From the IMG/VR virus record IMGVR_UViG_3300013126_000019, positions 16,689 to 80,688 of that record: a DNA stretch of 64,000 nucleotides. The stretch is one strand, 5' to 3'. Source of the DNA: a virus. The translations under genes and the position numbers were made by a program. Of this stretch, positions 59,449 to 64,000 are shown one piece after another. The notes under the pieces were generated by a model. It was not told where the DNA came from and made no database searches. It saw nothing but the letters and a program-made list of their open reading frames with translations. Position 1 is the first letter of the stretch, and each line of letters begins with the position of its first letter.

Positions 59449-59574
59449 TGTTATAATATTAGCTAGTACAACGGACAAGGCTCAGGGTCAAGGTGATTTA
59501 CCGTCAAGGTAACATTCTACCGTTAAATAGACATGGGTAGCGCGTGGTTGACCAGCTAGCTAATTATTGTAACA
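59449..59574 (+). ncRNA. multi-stem structured RNA between units B and C
   Basis: Closing stems TGTTATAATA/TATTGTAACA and TTAGCTAG/CTAGCTAA; inner GGTCAA/TTGACC and TTACC/GGTAA. Confidence 0.5.
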
Positions 59575-59578
59575 TTAA

Positions 59579-59689
59579 GCACATCAAAGAATGAAACAGC
59601 GCTATATATATAACTATAACGCAAAACCCAGAGATTGGTAGGCCACAGCAGTTAACTGCAAGGCTCTCTCGTCATTCTGTAGTATGTGC
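59579..59689 (+). ncRNA. TROVE-associated hairpin RNA, unit C
   Basis: Outer stem GCACAT/ATGTGC; AGAATGA/TCATTCT-G; CAGCGCTATA. Confidence 0.6.
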
Positions 59690-59756
59690 AAAGCCGGGTA
59701 GTGATACTCGTGGCCTGCCAAACTCAAAATTGTTTAACCTTAAATTCCTTAAAGCA

Positions 59757-61154
59757 ATGGATAACTTTACCAATGCAATGTTTTCTAATGACAGTCTTAC
59801 TAATAACGGTGCTATTACACATAGTACTGCAGGTAATTACTGTCTTGACCTGTTCTTTTTAGCAGGTGCGAGCCGTGAAATGTCTAATGAAGATATCTTA
59901 AAAGCATTTATTAGAGCTTATCATGAAGATAAGTCAATAGCTCTTAAGATTCTATTTTGGGCACGTGATGCACGTGGTGGTGCTGGTGAGAAGAGATTCT
60001 TCCAGGTTATTATGCGATCTTTATTAGCCAATGAACCAGAGGTATATGAGCAGTTAGCTATATATATCCCAACTTTTGGCTATTGGAAGGATATTTTTGT
60101 TATTGAGACACCTACCGAGAACACCCTTAATTGGTTATCTATTCAGTTAGATGAAAACCCTAATGCTAATCTATTAGCTAAGTGGTTCCCAAGAAGAGGA
60201 CCTTGGTTTGTAGCAATGCATAAGTATTTGGGTGTTAGCCCTAAAGCTTTCCGTAATCGCTTAGTTACTATGTCTAATACCGTAGAGCAGAAGATGTGTG
60301 CTAATGAATGGGAAACTATTCAGTATAGCCAGGTACCTTCTGTTGCAGGTAAGACATATAGTAGAGCATTTAACATGCACGATGGTGTAAGATACGCCTC
60401 TTATATCAGTGATGTTATGGAAGGTAAGCAGAAGATGAATGCTTCAGTACTATTTCCTAGTGATCTTGTACATAAAGTATTTGCGGGTGAGTCTGATACA
60501 AGTGCATATGATGCAATGTGGAAGTCTCTACCTAACTTTATGCAAGATTGTACAGAGCGTATATTACCGGTATGTGATGTATCAGGTAGTATGGCAGGTA
60601 CACCTATGGAAGTATCTATAGGACTAGGTATGTATATCTCAGAACGTAACGAGGGTCCTTTTAAGGATTTAGTGTTAACGTTTAGTAATGAACCCGAGTT
60701 TCACATGATAGAGGGTAATACTTTTACTGAAAGAGTAAATAACCTACATCAAGCAAACTGGGCTATGAATACTAATCTTTATTTAACATTTAAAGTATTA
60801 CTGAGACGTGCTGTTGCAGGTAAAGTATTACAAGAAGAGATGCCTACTAAGATCCTGATTATCAGTGATATGGAATTTGATAGGGCTTGTGGTAATCATA
60901 CAAACTTTGATGAAATCAAGGATATGTATGCACAAGCAGGTTATCAAATGCCGGGCTTAGTCTTCTGGAATGTTAACGGTAGACTTGGTAATTCACCAGT
61001 TAAAGCTGATACACCAAACACTGCACTTGTTAGTGGGTTTAGTCCCAGTATCATCAAGTCTGTATTAGGTGGTGATGACTTGAGTCCGGTAGCTGTGATG
61101 CTGAAGACTATTAATACAGAAAGATATGAATGCATTAAAGTAGATTCTCTATGA
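59757..61154 (+). CDS. Ro60/TROVE-like RNA-binding protein with VWA (MIDAS) domain, DUF2828-type
   Basis: T.NGA..H.T, LDLFF, RDARGGAGE, GYWKD, AKWFPR, MIDAS DVSGSM, SDMEFD, FWNV and VSGFS motifs; ATG at 59757. Confidence 0.85.
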   Translation: MDNFTNAMFSNDSLTNNGAITHSTAGNYCLDLFFLAGASREMSNEDILKAFIRAYHEDKSIALKILFWARDARGGAGEKRFFQVIMRSLLANEPEVYEQLAIYIPTFGYWKDIFVIETPTENTLNWLSIQLDENPNANLLAKWFPRRGPWFVAMHKYLGVSPKAFRNRLVTMSNTVEQKMCANEWETIQYSQVPSVAGKTYSRAFNMHDGVRYASYISDVMEGKQKMNASVLFPSDLVHKVFAGESDTSAYDAMWKSLPNFMQDCTERILPVCDVSGSMAGTPMEVSIGLGMYISERNEGPFKDLVLTFSNEPEFHMIEGNTFTERVNNLHQANWAMNTNLYLTFKVLLRRAVAGKVLQEEMPTKILIISDMEFDRACGNHTNFDEIKDMYAQAGYQMPGLVFWNVNGRLGNSPVKADTPNTALVSGFSPSIIKSVLGGDDLSPVAVMLKTINTERYECIKVDSL

Positions 61155-61423
61155 AAGCATTATTTATAATTCTGTATTATGTTATAGGACTTACGGCAGT
61201 TACAATAATTGCAGTAGGTTGTGATCATAAACAACCTGAAGCTGCAACTAAGTACCCTTATCTTATTAGAGATGGTAGAGATTATGGTACTATGATATAC
61301 TGCGATAAAGCTACATCATTAAGCGCTAGCAGAGTACAATACATTAGGGGTAGTGATACCCTTATTGTTGAGTCTGATAGGTACCTGTACATCCAAACTA
61401 ACTCATACTATATCCCTAAATAG
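61151..61423 (+). CDS. lipoprotein
   Basis: MK, hydrophobic stretch, then IAVG-C lipobox; ATGA-coupled to the TROVE gene. Confidence 0.7.
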   Translation: MKALFIILYYVIGLTAVTIIAVGCDHKQPEAATKYPYLIRDGRDYGTMIYCDKATSLSASRVQYIRGSDTLIVESDRYLYIQTNSYYIPK

Positions 61424-61450
61424 GTTAATATAATATGAATTTATAATCTT

Positions 61451-61484
61451 AAATAGAGTGTATCAATGACATACACTCTATTTT
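61451..61484 (+). terminator. terminator-like hairpin
   Basis: AAATAGAGTGTAT...ATACACTCTATTTT. Confidence 0.5.
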
Positions 61485-61564
61485 CCTATACTCTATGTTA
61501 CCGGGAAATCGGTTAAGGGACAACGGTCCCGGGTTAAGAATTAGTCACTACTCGGTGACATAGA

Positions 61565-61810
61565 GTTACTAATGTGCCACAACCCTAGTGTATGAAGACT
61601 TCTTAGTGACAGCCATTAAACCATTAAGATGTGAAACCACAATAATTAACTTGAGCTAACCATAAAGACAGGGCTATGCGTGACTCAGTTCACCCTGTTA
61701 GTTAATCATTTTCCCAAGTTAGGGCAGTTGTAGCAGTACGTGAAAGCACGTAAATTATGGACGCTGTAGCCCAGCAAACCAGCTACTACAACTGAGCACA
61801 GAGGGGTAAC
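61565..61810 (+). ncRNA. twister-ribozyme-like element 2 (with an insertion of about 120 nt in L4)
   Basis: P1 GTTAC/GTAAC; TAA; P2 TGTGC/GCACA; P4 CCCTAG/TTAGGG; TCCCAAG; T1 TCCC:GGGG; P5 CAGTTGTAG/CTACAACTG. Confidence 0.6.
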
Positions 61811-61914
61811 AAGCATAGCATAAGTGCTGATGAAACGATGCAAGTATGGGATACTTACTATCTCACATGTAGACTGAAAGGTCTACTCTTTAAGTAATCT
61901 AATCACACAACATC

Positions 61915-62145
61915 ATGGCTCCAGAAGAAAAGGGAAAAGAAATTCAAGCGGAGATTACAAGGATAATCAGAGAAAGAGGTACGCTAAGTAGAAAGCTACA
62001 AGCAGATGGACATCCTAACCCAAAAAATGAAGCTAGTAGGCTAATCAATCTCAAGTATGGAAAAGGTTGGAAAGAAAAGCTAGAACTGCAAGATCCCACT
62101 AGAGAGTATGGGAAAAATCTGTTAAAAGTGTCTTATTACTATTAA
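61915..62145 (+). CDS. hypothetical protein
   Basis: 76 aa; TAATCACACAA leader shared with the next gene. Confidence 0.65.
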   Translation: MAPEEKGKEIQAEITRIIRERGTLSRKLQADGHPNPKNEASRLINLKYGKGWKEKLELQDPTREYGKNLLKVSYYY

Positions 62146-62158
62146 TCACACAAAACTT

Positions 62159-62434
62159 ATGAGAAGCAATAAAGAACTATTAGAGCTGATGTTAAAGAAT
62201 CAGCATCATTTTACAAAAGTATCAGGTTTATGTCACTGGGTAAATCTTGTTTGTGCTCATAAAGTTATTACTGAAGATGAAGCAGATTCTCTTATGTCAT
62301 TAATTCATTGGAATCGCCCACGGAAGAAGTGGAGCAGCATTAGTGCTTACAGTAACGCAGGCTTCTACTGGGAGCCAGGTAAAATCAAGCCACGTATTAA
62401 GTGGATCAAAAAGCAAATCAAACTAAATTCTTAA
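62159..62434 (+). CDS. hypothetical protein
   Basis: 91 aa; GLC...FYW...RIKW pattern seen in small phage proteins. Confidence 0.65.
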   Translation: MRSNKELLELMLKNQHHFTKVSGLCHWVNLVCAHKVITEDEADSLMSLIHWNRPRKKWSSISAYSNAGFYWEPGKIKPRIKWIKKQIKLNS

Positions 62435-62438
62435 TCAA

Positions 62439-62945
62439 ATGGCAAAATCAATACCTGCTACTAAAATGGTAGCTAAAAAGCCTGTTGCTAAAACTAAATC
62501 ATCACCTGATTTTTTAGAAAAAGTGACAACAGTTAAAGTTAATTGGAAGAAAGTACCTAATGGAACTTATGTTAGTGTTGGGGTAGGTAGTAAAAGAACT
62601 ATCTCTGGTTTCTTTTATAGAGAAGAACCATCAGCTGATGAGTTTTTTATCTTACATGATAATTACAATAATGCTGGAAATTCTCCTAAATATATGTCAA
62701 CTAGTACTTTCAAGTATGGTTGGGTTATTCTTGATGATGATACTGAACTTCTTGAAGACGTTGAGTTTCCTCCAATATTGTTTGATCGTAAAACAATGAG
62801 ACTTCCTAAAAAACCAACTAATGTTATTAGAATTGGTGATTATGACGCTACTGTTACTAATGCTAGTATCAAAGTAGGGTGTACTACAGTACCCCGCAAG
62901 AAAGTAGAAGCTGTGCTTAAACTCATGCAATCACTTGATAAATAA
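62439..62945 (+). CDS. hypothetical protein
   Basis: 168 aa; C-terminal IGDY.A.V...IKVGC motif. Confidence 0.7.
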   Translation: MAKSIPATKMVAKKPVAKTKSSPDFLEKVTTVKVNWKKVPNGTYVSVGVGSKRTISGFFYREEPSADEFFILHDNYNNAGNSPKYMSTSTFKYGWVILDDDTELLEDVEFPPILFDRKTMRLPKKPTNVIRIGDYDATVTNASIKVGCTTVPRKKVEAVLKLMQSLDK

Positions 62946-62955
62946 AACTAATAAA

Positions 62956-63192
62956 ATGGATACAGAACACTTAACAAAGATTACTCTTATTGAAGATATC
63001 AATAAGATGCATAATCTAGAGTACGGGGGTAACCTCACTGCAGAAAATTTTGATGAACTGTATGACATGCCTAATGAAGATTTAGAGCGTGTGCTACAGA
63101 TTATAACGGCTCAACATGAGCGTGCGGGCCTTAGTGCTGCTGAACTACTTAACTTTCTTACTAATACTTCTCAATATGGCAAAAAAGATTGA
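62956..63192 (+). CDS. small protein, paralog of 58978..59178
   Basis: KITLIEDINK...FDELYDM; ATG at 62956. Confidence 0.7.
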   Translation: MDTEHLTKITLIEDINKMHNLEYGGNLTAENFDELYDMPNEDLERVLQIITAQHERAGLSAAELLNFLTNTSQYGKKD

Positions 63193-63484
63193 TGAACTTA
63201 CAGAAAAGCTAAGTCATGAGGATAATGATCTTAAAGCTATGGGTATTATTAGGAAGATTACCCGGGAAAAACGTAATGATAACTTTTTAGATAAGTGGTT
63301 ACCACGTATTGAAGCAAAGTGTACCGTTACAGTTGATCCAAACATGGGTAAGTATACTATTCAACCCACACCAAAGGGTATTATAGATTACTACCCAAAA
63401 TCCAATAGACTATTAATCCGTACAAGTAATACTTGGAAGGATGGTGGTCTTGCAATATTAATTAACTTACTGAAACTAAGATGA
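63176..63484 (+). CDS. hypothetical protein (start reassigned to MAKKIDE)
   Basis: ATG at 63176; IDYYPKSNRLLIR..W. Confidence 0.65.
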   Translation: MAKKIDELTEKLSHEDNDLKAMGIIRKITREKRNDNFLDKWLPRIEAKCTVTVDPNMGKYTIQPTPKGIIDYYPKSNRLLIRTSNTWKDGGLAILINLLKLR

Positions 63485-63801
63485 GCAAGACAAAGAACAC
63501 CCCAGAATTTCAACGCATGATGGATGAGCAAGAACTTATGCAATCTTTTCACCATGCTGAACAAGAGTTAGAGCGTGAGCAACTACTCAAAGATTTGGCA
63601 ATAGAAGATGCTATGCGTGATGCTATTCAAGAGTATATAGAAGCACAGAAGACTTTTATATCTGCACAAGACAAGTTTAAGAAAGCATTGGACTCATACA
63701 AAGAGTACAAGAATGGTCTTACAGATGAAGAGCAACCAGTAGAAGATACCGTAAGCCTATTAACCAATATGTTTGCAGGATTTAACCCTAATGCCCTATG
63801 A
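63481..63801 (+). CDS. coiled-coil hypothetical protein
   Basis: ATGA-coupled 106-aa ORF. Confidence 0.65.
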   Translation: MSKTKNTPEFQRMMDEQELMQSFHHAEQELEREQLLKDLAIEDAMRDAIQEYIEAQKTFISAQDKFKKALDSYKEYKNGLTDEEQPVEDTVSLLTNMFAGFNPNAL

Positions 63802-63965
63802 AGAAAGTTAACTTTTATATATTACTATACTTTGTAGTAATTATAGTTGTGGCTTCCTTGGTTTCTTGTACTCCGAGTAAACAAGTAACGGTGAACCCGT
63901 GTGAGAATATGGTAGTTAAGACTAAAGGGTATAACCCTAATCACTTACTACCTTATAGACATTAG
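63798..63965 (+). CDS. small lipoprotein (55 aa)
   Basis: Not in the ORF track. ATGA-coupled; MKK, hydrophobic stretch, then LVS-C lipobox. Confidence 0.65.
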   Translation: MKKVNFYILLYFVVIIVVASLVSCTPSKQVTVNPCENMVVKTKGYNPNHLLPYRH

Positions 63966-64000
63966 TCCTATTAGTCAGGACCTAACTAATAAAATTTATA

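Noticed and set aside
61813-61886. Hammerhead ribozyme at CTGATGA (61827)
   Set aside because: No stem II followed by GAAA and a matching stem III. The later GAAA is a hairpin loop (GTAGACT-GAAA-GGTCTAC).
57993-61914. tRNA genes or a CRISPR array in the non-coding early region
   Set aside because: No cloverleaf with a T-loop consensus was found. The repeats are short structural boxes, not identical direct repeats with regular spacers, and there are no cas genes.
1-64000. Stop-codon reassignment (TAG or TGA) as in some crAss-like phages
   Set aside because: Large genes are intact and tightly packed in the standard code; TGA is used as a stop in ATGA overlaps.

Overview
AT-rich dsDNA phage segment with crAss-like (Crassvirales-type) architecture. 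The likely host is Bacteroidota, based on TAnnTT(TG)-type promoter boxes and A-rich, SD-less leaders. Positions 1-53.8 kb form one minus-strand late module in standard genetic code. In transcription order it holds fibre-like and accessory genes, HU/IHF-like, Zn-finger and PD-(D/E)XK genes, PhoH, large terminase, portal, a scaffold-like protein, major capsid protein, ring, auxiliary-capsid and Cys-rich tail genes, a 1793-aa tail protein, and several giant cargo/ejection proteins. The cargo proteins carry apparent ADP-ribosyltransferase, GH108-like and decayed zincin domains. A GC-rich switch at about 55.5 kb opens a plus-strand early region, where the first three genes each have a repeated CGCTTC..ACTCACC element upstream and a terminator or long hairpin downstream. 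The most unusual part is 58.0-61.9 kb. A Ro60/TROVE-like VWA (DUF2828-type) gene is preceded by a tandem array of hairpin RNAs, three of which share one motif. The locus is bracketed by two related twister-ribozyme-like elements with large insertions. All calls come from reading the sequence by eye; no searches or folding programs were run.
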